The translations under genes and the position numbers were made by a program. A stretch of 40,426 bases of DNA from IMG/VR virus record IMGVR_UViG_3300029815_000032, one strand, 5' to 3'. The notes under the pieces are model-generated. The model had not been told where the DNA came from. It ran no database searches and saw nothing but the letters and a program-made list of their open reading frames with translations. This DNA is from a virus. Positions 7,374 to 15,016 of the stretch are shown one piece after another. Position 1 is the stretch's first letter; each line of letters begins with the position of its first letter.

Positions 7374-8003
7374 TTATTCTTTTTTCGCTGATATTAGTTG
7401 TGATAAACATTCTGCACGGAATTCATCTATGCGATTATCTTTTCTAACCAGTAATTTTGACGTGGCATACATGAGTTTGTAGCAGTAAGAACCCAAATCT
7501 GTCATTTCATGGGAATTTTCAATGTTATTTTTTTCAAAAATTTCTTCGACTAAGAATTCATAATATGTACATAAAAAGAAAAGTCTTTTATGTAAGCATT
7601 TACGATATAGGAAATAATTAAAATTTTTTAGATTGTTTTGTTGCCTAAAGAATTCGTGCAACAGCCATTTTCTATAATCGTCAATGTATTTATAAAAAAA
7701 CTTTATATCATTTTCTGTAAGTGAAATAGGCAAGTCGCCATCATCGATTATATATTGTAAAAGGTAATTGGCATGCTCATAATACACATCTCCAACAGCT
7801 TCTTTTATATTATATGTATAGGAAAATTTAAATAATTTATAAATCATCACATATATAATGATAAAAGCAATGGCAAAACATGCCCTTAATTTTTTTTCGT
7901 CTGAACTTATGGATAAAAAAAGATTTACTGCTCCGGACGGGATTATAACAATCAATAGTCCGATTAGTATATATATTCCTAATGATTTTAAAAAATTAAG
8001 CAT
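7374..8003 (-). CDS. AT-rich gene for a two-TM membrane protein with a helical cytoplasmic domain. Candidate superinfection-exclusion, Abi or defence moron.
   Basis: AGGAGG RBS, ATG 8003. Two N-terminal hydrophobic helices. Composition is visibly far more AT-rich than the flanks. Sits between the integrase and repressor genes. Confidence 0.65.
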   Translation of the reverse strand: MLNFLKSLGIYILIGLLIVIIPSGAVNLFLSISSDEKKLRACFAIAFIIIYVMIYKLFKFSYTYNIKEAVGDVYYEHANYLLQYIIDDGDLPISLTENDIKFFYKYIDDYRKWLLHEFFRQQNNLKNFNYFLYRKCLHKRLFFLCTYYEFLVEEIFEKNNIENSHEMTDLGSYCYKLMYATSKLLVRKDNRIDEFRAECLSQLISAKKE

Positions 8004-8142
8004 CAATTCCTCCTATAAATCTACCCCATATCGACACCAGTCTCCAAAAATCTTCAATAACTCGTCCTAGTATGCAGATATATACATAGACGGACATAAG
8101 GTTACGATTAACTCCGAAGATATGAGAAAGGAGAAGGATCAT

Positions 8143-8241
8143 ATGGAGTTGTTAAAAAAACAGATCATCGCCATGGTCAAAAAGACAAGCGATGAAAGTA
8201 CCTTAAAGTTCATTTACGCATTCTTAAAGCGTAGAATGTAA
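8143..8241 (+). CDS. Possible 32-aa peptide ORF, convergent with the repressor gene.
   Basis: Strong GAAAGGAGAAGGA RBS before ATG 8143. MELLKKQIIAMVKKTSDESTLKFIYAFLKRRM*. Followed by a shared hairpin. Confidence 0.35.
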   Translation: MELLKKQIIAMVKKTSDESTLKFIYAFLKRRM

Positions 8242-8247
8242 AAGAAG

Positions 8248-8273
8248 AACTCCTGCTCTAGTCGGCAGGAGTT
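8248..8273. terminator. Hairpin shared by the convergent genes 8143..8241 (+) and 8258..8647 (-).
   Basis: Stem aactcctgc / gcaggagtt, flanked by an A-run upstream and a short T-run (TTT) downstream. Overlaps the last codons of the repressor gene. Confidence 0.55.
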
Positions 8274-8647
8274 TCTTTATCGTCCACAGCAGCGATAAAT
8301 TCTCGTGCCTTTTGAACGAAAAGTTCCAGATCTTCTCCCGGTGCATCTGCAACCATTCTAATCAGTTTCGTTTTGAGATAAGGTTCAACGTCTCTTAGCA
8401 TCACATCGGCAATCCTTGCGACTTCCACCTCACGACCGCTAATGGTAAACATATCTCCAGTGCCATTTCGCAGCCATTCCTCACTTACTCCATACTCACG
8501 GCATACCGCCGATATAAACTGGTTAGTCATGTTGCGCTGACCGGATTCTATCAAAGAGATTGAACTTCTAGACATTCCAAGTCTACCGGCGAAATCTTCC
8601 ATATTTAGATCGAAATATGCGCGAACCTCTTTTAAGCGTTCTTTCAA
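8258..8647 (-). CDS. XRE-family HTH repressor (CI-like, without an S24 peptidase domain).
   Basis: TTG start with AAAGGAAG RBS. LNMEDFAGRLGMSRSSISLIESGQRNMTNQF is a classic HTH_3 motif. Divergent from the early operon. Confidence 0.85.
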   Translation of the reverse strand: MKERLKEVRAYFDLNMEDFAGRLGMSRSSISLIESGQRNMTNQFISAVCREYGVSEEWLRNGTGDMFTISGREVEVARIADVMLRDVEPYLKTKLIRMVADAPGEDLELFVQKAREFIAAVDDKETPAD

Positions 8648-8681
8648 GTTCTCACTTCCTTTCGTTGTTTAATTTAATATC

Positions 8682-8710
8682 AATATATCATATGGATGTT
8701 GCTCTGTAAA
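8682..8710 (-). promoter_or_regulatory. Putative repressor (maintenance) promoter.
   Basis: On the minus strand: TTTACA, 17 nt, then TGA-TATATT (extended -10). Confidence 0.55.
8699..8709. promoter_or_regulatory. Candidate operator half (TTGCTCTGTAA), overlapping the -35 of the repressor promoter.
   Basis: 11-bp exact inverted repeat with 8763..8773. Confidence 0.45.
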
Positions 8711-8729
8711 CATTTAATTCTAAAAACGG

Positions 8730-8758
8730 TTGACACGGCAACTTGCGTATGCTATATT
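8730..8758 (+). promoter_or_regulatory. Putative early (lytic) sigma-A-type promoter.
   Basis: TTGACA (8730..8735), 17 nt, TATATT (8753..8758), 33 nt upstream of the first early gene. Confidence 0.65.
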
Positions 8759-8762
8759 ACAG

Positions 8763-8773
8763 TTACAGAGCAA
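8763..8773. promoter_or_regulatory. Candidate operator half (TTACAGAGCAA), just downstream of the early promoter -10.
   Basis: Reverse complement of 8699..8709. Preceded by a tandem TTACAG TTACAG. Confidence 0.45.
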
Positions 8774-8790
8774 ACAGAAAGGAGAACACA

Positions 8791-9078
8791 ATGGTATATG
8801 AATTAAAGAAATTAGACCCAGCGACACCGGTGGAGGTAGTAATTGAGGCAAGGAGACAAGAAATCTACGATATGTGGTCATCAAAGATGATGTGTGATGA
8901 AGAAATGAAGCGTCTGGAGCGTTTCATCACCGAGTATTTGCAAGATGGAGAACAGATAGACGCAACAGCCGACGACATCTTATCAGATATGAGAGAAGTA
9001 TTTATAAAGTACAATCTGCGCAACGATGTGATATCGACGGCGGTGCTGGTCTACCTGTTTGAGTTTCTAAAGTATTAG
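8791..9078 (+). CDS. Hypothetical early protein (no obvious HTH).
   Basis: GAAAGGAG RBS before ATG 8791. The track start at 8743 lies inside the promoter. Confidence 0.65.
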   Translation: MVYELKKLDPATPVEVVIEARRQEIYDMWSSKMMCDEEMKRLERFITEYLQDGEQIDATADDILSDMREVFIKYNLRNDVISTAVLVYLFEFLKY

Positions 9079-9091
9079 GAAGGAGAATACA

Positions 9092-9688
9092 ATGGAGAAT
9101 TTGAGTAAAGAAGATGCATTGATACTAGCCATCCCATGGATGCATAGGACGTTCACGGTGTATTTGCACGAACATAAAGTGAACTTGGAAAACTATAAAG
9201 AGCACATGGGATGGATACAAATGCACCTAGAATATATGAATACCATCCTAAGTGCATTTACCGAGGAAGAAAAGAAAAATCTGGGGATCCTCATCACAAG
9301 TGAAGAGGAACTTGTTGAATGGCTGAAAGAGTACGGTTGGAACGAAAAAGAGGATTTCATTCCAACCGATAGCATGGGAACTAAATATTCGAGTCAATCA
9401 CGTTCCATTGCTCCTCCGACAGCCAAGCAGTTAGATCTAGAAGATGCTCTGGTAATTGCATTACTACATATTGACAGAAAATTCAAATCAACACTTCGTA
9501 ATTGTAAGGTGTCAGAGCAAAATCTAGAAACATTTAAACCCATGACAGAAAATCATTTTTTTGTCATAAAGCCATTGATCAGTGCATTACCAGATGAAGC
9601 ACAGAAAGTGATCAATCAATCCATGATTGCGGATGAAGTTGGATTGGCTGATTGGGTAAAAAATGTTGATCGTGATACATCTTATTAA
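9092..9688 (+). CDS. Hypothetical early protein with two related halves.
   Basis: AGGAAGGAG RBS. EDALILAIPWMHRTF... and EDALVIALLHIDRKF... suggest an internal duplication. Confidence 0.6.
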   Translation: MENLSKEDALILAIPWMHRTFTVYLHEHKVNLENYKEHMGWIQMHLEYMNTILSAFTEEEKKNLGILITSEEELVEWLKEYGWNEKEDFIPTDSMGTKYSSQSRSIAPPTAKQLDLEDALVIALLHIDRKFKSTLRNCKVSEQNLETFKPMTENHFFVIKPLISALPDEAQKVINQSMIADEVGLADWVKNVDRDTSY

Positions 9689-9845
9689 AGTTATTTATGC
9701 AGTTTTCACATTGGAAATTTAAGTGGTCATAAAACTCACAACCACAGCCCATGAAAACTTTTTCGTTTACAGTTGCCACACCATAAGTCACATTACAAAA
9801 GCGTATAGGGCAGTAAGTTTTTACCGCAATATTATTAGTACTCAT
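9612..9845 (-). CDS. Small Cys-rich protein encoded antisense within the early region.
   Basis: Minus-strand GAAAGGAG RBS 7 nt before ATG 9845. CX4C, CGC and CX2C motifs within residues 12-49. The 3' end overlaps 9092..9688 by 77 nt. Confidence 0.5.
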   Translation of the reverse strand: MSTNNIAVKTYCPIRFCNVTYGVATVNEKVFMGCGCEFYDHLNFQCENCINNFNKMYHDQHFLPNQPIQLHPQSWID

Positions 9846-9895
9846 AGTGCTTTCTCCTTTCGTAAAACTTGGACGTGCCAGCGTCCTGTGAGGAG

Positions 9896-9904
9896 ATTAT
9901 AGCA
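9896..9904 (-). promoter_or_regulatory. Extended -10 element (TGC-TATAAT on the minus strand) for the antisense Cys-rich gene.
   Basis: The plus strand reads attatagca. A hairpin (acggaaag/ctttccgt, 9915..9934) lies just upstream on the minus strand. Confidence 0.45.
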
Positions 9905-10014
9905 GAAAACCGAAACGGAAAGAAATCTTTCCGTCTGTCAGGGGTGGTGCTCTGGCACTGATGATGGTAGCCGATCAGACCAAAAGGGCGAGCATGGAAG
10001 AAAGGAGAAAGAAG

Positions 10015-10152
10015 ATGAACGAGAACGAAAAGAAATACACGCAGGAACTGTATGGATTGTTCAATCAGTTGGGTAAGGCTGATGCGGAGCATCTGTACTG
10101 GCTCTTGCAGGGCATCTTGTTCGCTTCTAAAGAGCGAGATGCAAGAGCCTAA
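10015..10152 (+). CDS. Hypothetical 45-aa protein.
   Basis: GAAAGGAG RBS before ATG 10015; earlier in-frame ATGs lack an RBS. Confidence 0.5.
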   Translation: MNENEKKYTQELYGLFNQLGKADAEHLYWLLQGILFASKERDARA

Positions 10153-10168
10153 AAAAGCAGGATTTACA

Positions 10169-10306
10169 ATGACCGACGCGCAGTGCCGTTTTGCATTAAA
10201 GCGACTCTATGAGTTGTGGCTGGACCAGAACGGCATCACCGCGGAAGTGATCGTTACCAGAAAAGATGAAGAGCCGGTAACGGCATCTAAGGAAATAAAG
10301 GAATGA
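10169..10306 (+). CDS. Hypothetical 45-aa protein.
   Basis: ATG 10169 directly after the previous stop. The upstream part of track ORF 10052.. overlaps the preceding gene out of frame. Confidence 0.45.
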   Translation: MTDAQCRFALKRLYELWLDQNGITAEVIVTRKDEEPVTASKEIKE

Positions 10307-10563
10307 CAGAGCAGGAGAGATACTACATATTGCTGAGGATGCTCCGGCAGAAAAAGAAAATCCGTGCCTATAGTCATCTGTCAATGTATGACGATGGCTG
10401 GATCAAGATCTATGAGGTAATCGGAACCGGGCAGGCGACGCGCCAGGGTAAGTGCCTGGTCGCTGAGTCAGATGATGACGAGGACGCACTATACCGGCGC
10501 GCCGCCAATGACATCCGTAGGATTTTGATATGGGAGAAAGAAAAAGATGAAAAAGAGAAGTAA
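10303..10563 (+). CDS. Hypothetical protein.
   Basis: ATGA overlap with the preceding gene; AAAGGA RBS. Confidence 0.55.
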   Translation: MTEQERYYILLRMLRQKKKIRAYSHLSMYDDGWIKIYEVIGTGQATRQGKCLVAESDDDEDALYRRAANDIRRILIWEKEKDEKEK

Positions 10564-11125
10564 AGAGGTCTTGGCATTAGTTGCTGCTGCCATGTTTGGC
10601 ACGGCACTTGGGTGCGTGATTGTGACAAAGGATGAATGCAGTTTGCTACGGAGGAAGGTTGGACAAGCCATGTTGGAGGTTTCCAACTTGCAGATGGCGC
10701 AGGAAGATGAGATGTACCGTCTGGAGCAGTTGGAAGTCGAACAGGAGCGCATGAGAGCAAATGTCGAGGCGAACAATCAGAAGTACGCTGCCGAAATGGA
10801 GGTCATTGCCCGGTGCGTTGAGGCAGAGGCAGGAAACCAGAGTATCGATGTCAAACGTGCAGTGATCTCCGTGATTTTAAATCGTGTGGACGATGAGGAT
10901 TGGCCAGACACGATCAGCGAGGTCATTGCGGATCCGTATGAGTTCGCGACTTACTGGAATGGTCGCATGGATGAGGCGGAGCCGTCAATAAGTACATACG
11001 AGGCGATTAGCCTTGAAATGGAGACCAGATCCTATCCGGGACTGTTCTATTTCGATATGGATGACTATCTTCCATACGGCACACCATATGCCAAGATGGG
11101 GGATCTATATTTCAGCACAAAATAA
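10547..11125 (+). CDS. Membrane-anchored SleB/CwlJ-family (Hydrolase_2) cell-wall hydrolase.
   Basis: N-terminal TM segment (VLALVAAAMFGTALGCVIV), a coiled coil, then IARCVEAEAGNQSIDVKRAVISVILNRVDDEDWPDTISEVIADPYEF, matching the SleB-domain pattern. Confidence 0.75.
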   Translation: MKKRSKEVLALVAAAMFGTALGCVIVTKDECSLLRRKVGQAMLEVSNLQMAQEDEMYRLEQLEVEQERMRANVEANNQKYAAEMEVIARCVEAEAGNQSIDVKRAVISVILNRVDDEDWPDTISEVIADPYEFATYWNGRMDEAEPSISTYEAISLEMETRSYPGLFYFDMDDYLPYGTPYAKMGDLYFSTK

Positions 11126-11161
11126 AAAATGGCACCGACCAAAAAGGTCGATGCCAAGTAT

Positions 11162-11203
11162 CCATGACAGATACAAAAATCCCATAAATAGTATATGTCA
11201 TGG
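11162..11203. other. Large hairpin in the intergenic region upstream of the Rep gene (candidate origin / nick-site structure).
   Basis: 8-bp perfect stem ccatgaca / tgtcatgg, extendable with one mismatch, and an AT-rich 26-nt loop. Flanked by two more hairpins at 11131..11155 and 11221..11246. Confidence 0.35.
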
Positions 11204-11220
11204 GTGCCAAAAAGTCAAGG

Positions 11221-11246
11221 AAAACAGCGGTTTGTAGGCTGTTTTT
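11221..11246 (+). terminator. Terminator-like hairpin.
   Basis: Stem aaacagc / gctgttt with a T-run. Confidence 0.4.
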
Positions 11247-11281
11247 CAAACACTATCAAAATATTAAAGATAGAGGGAAAC

Positions 11282-12085
11282 ATGGCATACACAAAGAAGA
11301 CGACGAGATATGGTCCATGTATAGATGTGGGGTACACCTATGCAGGGGCATACGGAGCAAAGGGAGAAAAAAGAAACAAAAAGATAAAACCGACCCCGGA
11401 ACAGATACGGAGACAGAACCAGAGAAACCGAGAGAGGTATATGAAGCAACTTATATACCTTAATTTCAAGGAAGGGGACTATTGGATCTGCCTAAAGTAT
11501 CAAAAAGGATATAGACCGCCACCGGATGTAGTGGTCAGAGACTTTGGAAAATTCTGGGACAGGCTAAGGTACCGGTATAAGAAACGAGGGCGACCGTTAA
11601 AGATGATCGCGAGGTTGGAACTGGGAAAGTTCGGCGGCGCGCATATCCATATCATTGTCAATGAGATCGGAGATACAGGAAAACTGGTATCGGAAGCATG
11701 GAAGCAGACACATAATAACGCAGGGGTCAACCTGCAGTTCCTCCGTGATAATTACGAGGAACTTGCCGCGTATATTGTGAAAGAGCCAAAAAGAAAGGCT
11801 CTGGAGCAGATCAGCATGTTCCCGGAAGAGATCCAGAAACAATTTGTTAAATACACATGCAGCAGGAACCTTGTACGGCCAAAGACGGAAAGAAAAGAAT
11901 ATAGTCACTGGACGATGGCAAGGATCCTTCGTGATGGTCCGACACCATCCGAGGGATATTACATAGACAAGTCAACGGTTAGACAGGGCGTGAACCCCTT
12001 TACCGGATTTTCGTATCTGTATTACACAGAGCGGAGAATAGACAGAAAGAGAGGTGACCCACCGTGGATGTCAACCTTTACCTAG
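11282..12085 (+). CDS. HUH-superfamily rolling-circle replication initiator-like protein.
   Basis: ATG 11282 (GAGGGA RBS). Motif-1-like YWICLKY, HUH motif GGAHIHIIVN, and Tyr motif AAYIVKEPK (YxxK). Confidence 0.6.
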   Translation: MAYTKKTTRYGPCIDVGYTYAGAYGAKGEKRNKKIKPTPEQIRRQNQRNRERYMKQLIYLNFKEGDYWICLKYQKGYRPPPDVVVRDFGKFWDRLRYRYKKRGRPLKMIARLELGKFGGAHIHIIVNEIGDTGKLVSEAWKQTHNNAGVNLQFLRDNYEELAAYIVKEPKRKALEQISMFPEEIQKQFVKYTCSRNLVRPKTERKEYSHWTMARILRDGPTPSEGYYIDKSTVRQGVNPFTGFSYLYYTERRIDRKRGDPPWMSTFT

Positions 12086-12504
12086 CATCCACGATCAAAT
12101 CGCCCCAGGCGAGTGATGGGATTATAGGATTTGTGATAGAAGTACCGATCACCGAGAAAGAATCGGCAACCAAAAGCCAGTTCTATAGAGTAAATGCAAC
12201 AAAGAACCAGTCTCAACTAATGATTTTTAATCTCGCTCTGTCGCATTTTAAGAAAATGCCTTTTGCATTGAGTATTTATGCGGATTTCGGGTATCTGGAG
12301 AGTGCATTTTCGCAGGGATGGATAGATCAGTGGAAGAAGAACGGCTGGAAAAACGCAAAAAATGAGCCGGTAGGCAATGCCGCCATGTGGCAGGAAGCCT
12401 TGATTTTATTAAATGGGAACGAGATTTCGTTCGACCATGAAACGAAAGACAAATACCGGAACTGGATGTTGAGTGAGATGAAAAGAATGGAGGAAAAGAA
12501 ATGA
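12064..12504 (+). CDS. RNase H-like fold protein; the catalytic acidic residues look poorly conserved.
   Basis: NQSQLMIFNLAL...LSIYADFGYLESAFSQGWIDQWKKNGWKNAKNEPVGN follows the RNase HI pattern. The positions expected to be D10 and E48 read A/S and Q. GTG start overlaps Rep. Confidence 0.4.
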   Translation: MDVNLYLASTIKSPQASDGIIGFVIEVPITEKESATKSQFYRVNATKNQSQLMIFNLALSHFKKMPFALSIYADFGYLESAFSQGWIDQWKKNGWKNAKNEPVGNAAMWQEALILLNGNEISFDHETKDKYRNWMLSEMKRMEEKK

Positions 12505-13898
12505 AAAAAACAGAGAGTGAAATTGTGATGATCGAGACACAGAGGTTGCAGCACCACCCGGACAATCCAAGGAAGGATCTGGGGGACGTGACGGAGTTGG
12601 CCGACTCCATCAAAAAGAATGGGATCATGCAGAACCTTACTGTTATTCCGATCGAATGCACAGAATATGACCCAGAGAAACAGTTGAGAGCAAATAAGAT
12701 CAGTCCGAGCAGTAATTTTTATGTACTGATCGGCAACCGACGACTGGAAGCGTGCTTGCAGGCAGGACTTGAGGAAGTACCGTGCAGGATTGTATCGAAC
12801 ATCAGCAAGAAAGAACAGGTCGGGATCATGTTAGAGGAAAACATGCAGAGAAGCGATCTGACGATCATTGAGCAGGCAGAGGGCTTTCAGATGATGCTTG
12901 ACCTGGGCGAGACGGTTGACAGCATCAGCGAAAAGACCGGATTTAGTAAAGCGACGGTATATCATCGTGTGAACATTGCAAAGTTAGACAAGAAGATTTT
13001 AGCAGACAAGAAAGATGATGAGGGATTTTTCCAGTTATCCATGAAGGACCTGATCGAACTGGAAAAGGTCAAGGATATGAACGAAAGAAACCGGATCCTA
13101 CAAGAAACGTCCGGTGGGAGAGATATTCAGTGGCGCGTGCAGCAGGCGGTAAGAAATGCAAACAGAGAAAGGAATGTGAAAGAGATCAAGAAGATGTTTG
13201 CAGAAGCCGGTCTTGAGCAGGCACCAAAAAAGGCAGAGCAGGAAAGATGGTACAGCAAAAGATGGAATCATTTGCAGGAATGGAACTTAGAAGACGATAC
13301 CTTGGAACCTGTAAAAGAGATCAAGAGAAAGAATGCCATGTGGGTCATCTACGATTATCGTAATGCAGCAGTTGTGGTTGAGGTCAAGCAGAAAGAACGG
13401 CAGTTGTCAAAATCTGAGATCGAAGCACAGAAGAGGGAGGCTAAAAAGAAAGAACTGAGAGCCAAGCAGAAAAAGTTATATAGAACGATCACAGATTTTA
13501 TTAAGGCTATCTTCGTTTTTAAGGAGATCCAACCATTGAAGCCGGATCTGGAATTGTATCAAGCAACCATAGAAGCCATAGTCAAGGTAGGTTCACAGCC
13601 CACGGAAAGTGATTTGGCACAACTCTATGCAGGCAAAGGTCTGTGGGAGATAGAGCGGTCAGAGGACTATGAGAAATATATCAAGTGGCGTGACAGTCTG
13701 ACGACACTGGACCGGGCGATCATATCACTAAAGGATGTAAAGAACAATGATCTATACACATGGGATGGCAAATACCGAGGAGAGTATGCAGAAAGAGTGA
13801 TTGCGGTTGTAGATTTCTTTAAGAAGTATGGATTTTTCATCACAGATGAGATGCAGCAGTTGTTGGATGGAACAGACGAATCCTATGTAAAGGAGTAG
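12501..13898 (+). CDS. ParB-like nuclease-domain protein (465 aa).
   Basis: GGAGGA RBS. ...IETQRLQHHPDNPRKDLG...LADSIKKNGIMQNLTV...LIGNRRLEA... is the ParB N-terminal domain pattern, followed by an HTH (SISEKTGFSKATVYHR). Confidence 0.8.
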   Translation: MKKTESEIVMIETQRLQHHPDNPRKDLGDVTELADSIKKNGIMQNLTVIPIECTEYDPEKQLRANKISPSSNFYVLIGNRRLEACLQAGLEEVPCRIVSNISKKEQVGIMLEENMQRSDLTIIEQAEGFQMMLDLGETVDSISEKTGFSKATVYHRVNIAKLDKKILADKKDDEGFFQLSMKDLIELEKVKDMNERNRILQETSGGRDIQWRVQQAVRNANRERNVKEIKKMFAEAGLEQAPKKAEQERWYSKRWNHLQEWNLEDDTLEPVKEIKRKNAMWVIYDYRNAAVVVEVKQKERQLSKSEIEAQKREAKKKELRAKQKKLYRTITDFIKAIFVFKEIQPLKPDLELYQATIEAIVKVGSQPTESDLAQLYAGKGLWEIERSEDYEKYIKWRDSLTTLDRAIISLKDVKNNDLYTWDGKYRGEYAERVIAVVDFFKKYGFFITDEMQQLLDGTDESYVKE

Positions 13899-13901
13899 GG
13901 A

Positions 13902-14408
13902 ATGGAAAGATTTTTTATCGTCAAAAACAAAGTATTGATCGAAAAGTATGAAAAATACAAGAAGATGCAGCAGGCTATGAATGAGTGCTTTAGAGAATTT
14001 GCAGAAAATCATGGCATTGAAGCGGATATGTATTATCCATCTGCAAACAAATTGAGCATTGTGGCCACCGAAGCGGACTTTGAAAAGTTTGGATCCCAGA
14101 TAAGAAAAAACACAGGTGGTATATTCAAGGAAAATTCCAAAATGGCGAAGGAATGGATAGCAATTTGCCAGAAAAACAGTCTGGAAACACCAATTAAACC
14201 AACCTATGTGACGGCACATTTGATCGGATTCACATCTGGAGGATTCCATATAAAAATGTTTGATGTTGACGGAGTATTATATGGCAGTTATCGGGTTGAT
14301 ATAGACTGGGAGTTCCCAAAAACGGATGATTTTCAGGAAATCAAGGCAAGTGAATTTTGGAAGATCGTAGAAAATGATAAGGAGAAGGAGCGTGAAAAGT
14401 GCAGGTAA
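13902..14408 (+). CDS. Hypothetical protein.
   Basis: AAGGAG RBS; compact spacing in the operon. Confidence 0.6.
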   Translation: MERFFIVKNKVLIEKYEKYKKMQQAMNECFREFAENHGIEADMYYPSANKLSIVATEADFEKFGSQIRKNTGGIFKENSKMAKEWIAICQKNSLETPIKPTYVTAHLIGFTSGGFHIKMFDVDGVLYGSYRVDIDWEFPKTDDFQEIKASEFWKIVENDKEKEREKCR

Positions 14409-15016
14409 AAGATGCTTCAAATAATGCAGCAGGCAAGAACGCTATTCGTGAAAAGGCATTGCGCTTAAATGATGATTTGGAAAATTGGATAGACATCGCA
14501 CATGAAGCATTTATGGGATGTGATGATGAGTTGGAAAAGGCAAGACTGGATGGAAAACTCAAGGCTTATTGGGAAGTGAAGAACCATGTGGAAGAAATGC
14601 TTGAGATCGATAAGAAAATTGATTGGAGCAAAGTTCCGGTCGATACACCTATCTGGGTTAAAGGTTTAAAGAGTGCCATGTGGAGAAAAAGGTACTTTGC
14701 AGGAATTAAGGATGGCCTAGTTTGCGGATGGAAAAACGGAAAGACATCTTGGACAGTTGAGAGTGAAGACGAGTGGAATTATTGGAACTATGCCATGCTT
14801 GCAGAAGATGTCGATTATCCACAGGTCAACTCCCAGTGGCACAACCTCAAAGATCAAAAACCAGAGGATAGACAGGAAGTGCTCACATGGGATGGAATTG
14901 GCGTAGAACTCGACAGATGGTCGGATGATGAAGACTATTTCGAGAACACCGACGCAGAGGATATCTGGTGGATGGAGTTGCCAGAACCACCGCAGAGAGG
15001 GGCAAACTATGAGTAA
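14399..15016 (+). CDS. Hypothetical protein (start uncertain).
   Basis: GTG 14399 overlaps the previous gene. Trp-rich C-terminus. Confidence 0.5.
   Translation: MQVKDASNNAAGKNAIREKALRLNDDLENWIDIAHEAFMGCDDELEKARLDGKLKAYWEVKNHVEEMLEIDKKIDWSKVPVDTPIWVKGLKSAMWRKRYFAGIKDGLVCGWKNGKTSWTVESEDEWNYWNYAMLAEDVDYPQVNSQWHNLKDQKPEDRQEVLTWDGIGVELDRWSDDEDYFENTDAEDIWWMELPEPPQRGANYE

Noticed and set aside
11131-11155. The hairpin after the SleB-like gene as a plus-strand rho-independent terminator.
   Set aside because: The 10-bp stem (one mismatch) is preceded by an A-run but not followed by a T-run on the plus strand. It would terminate only minus-strand transcripts, so it is listed only as part of the hairpin-rich putative origin region.
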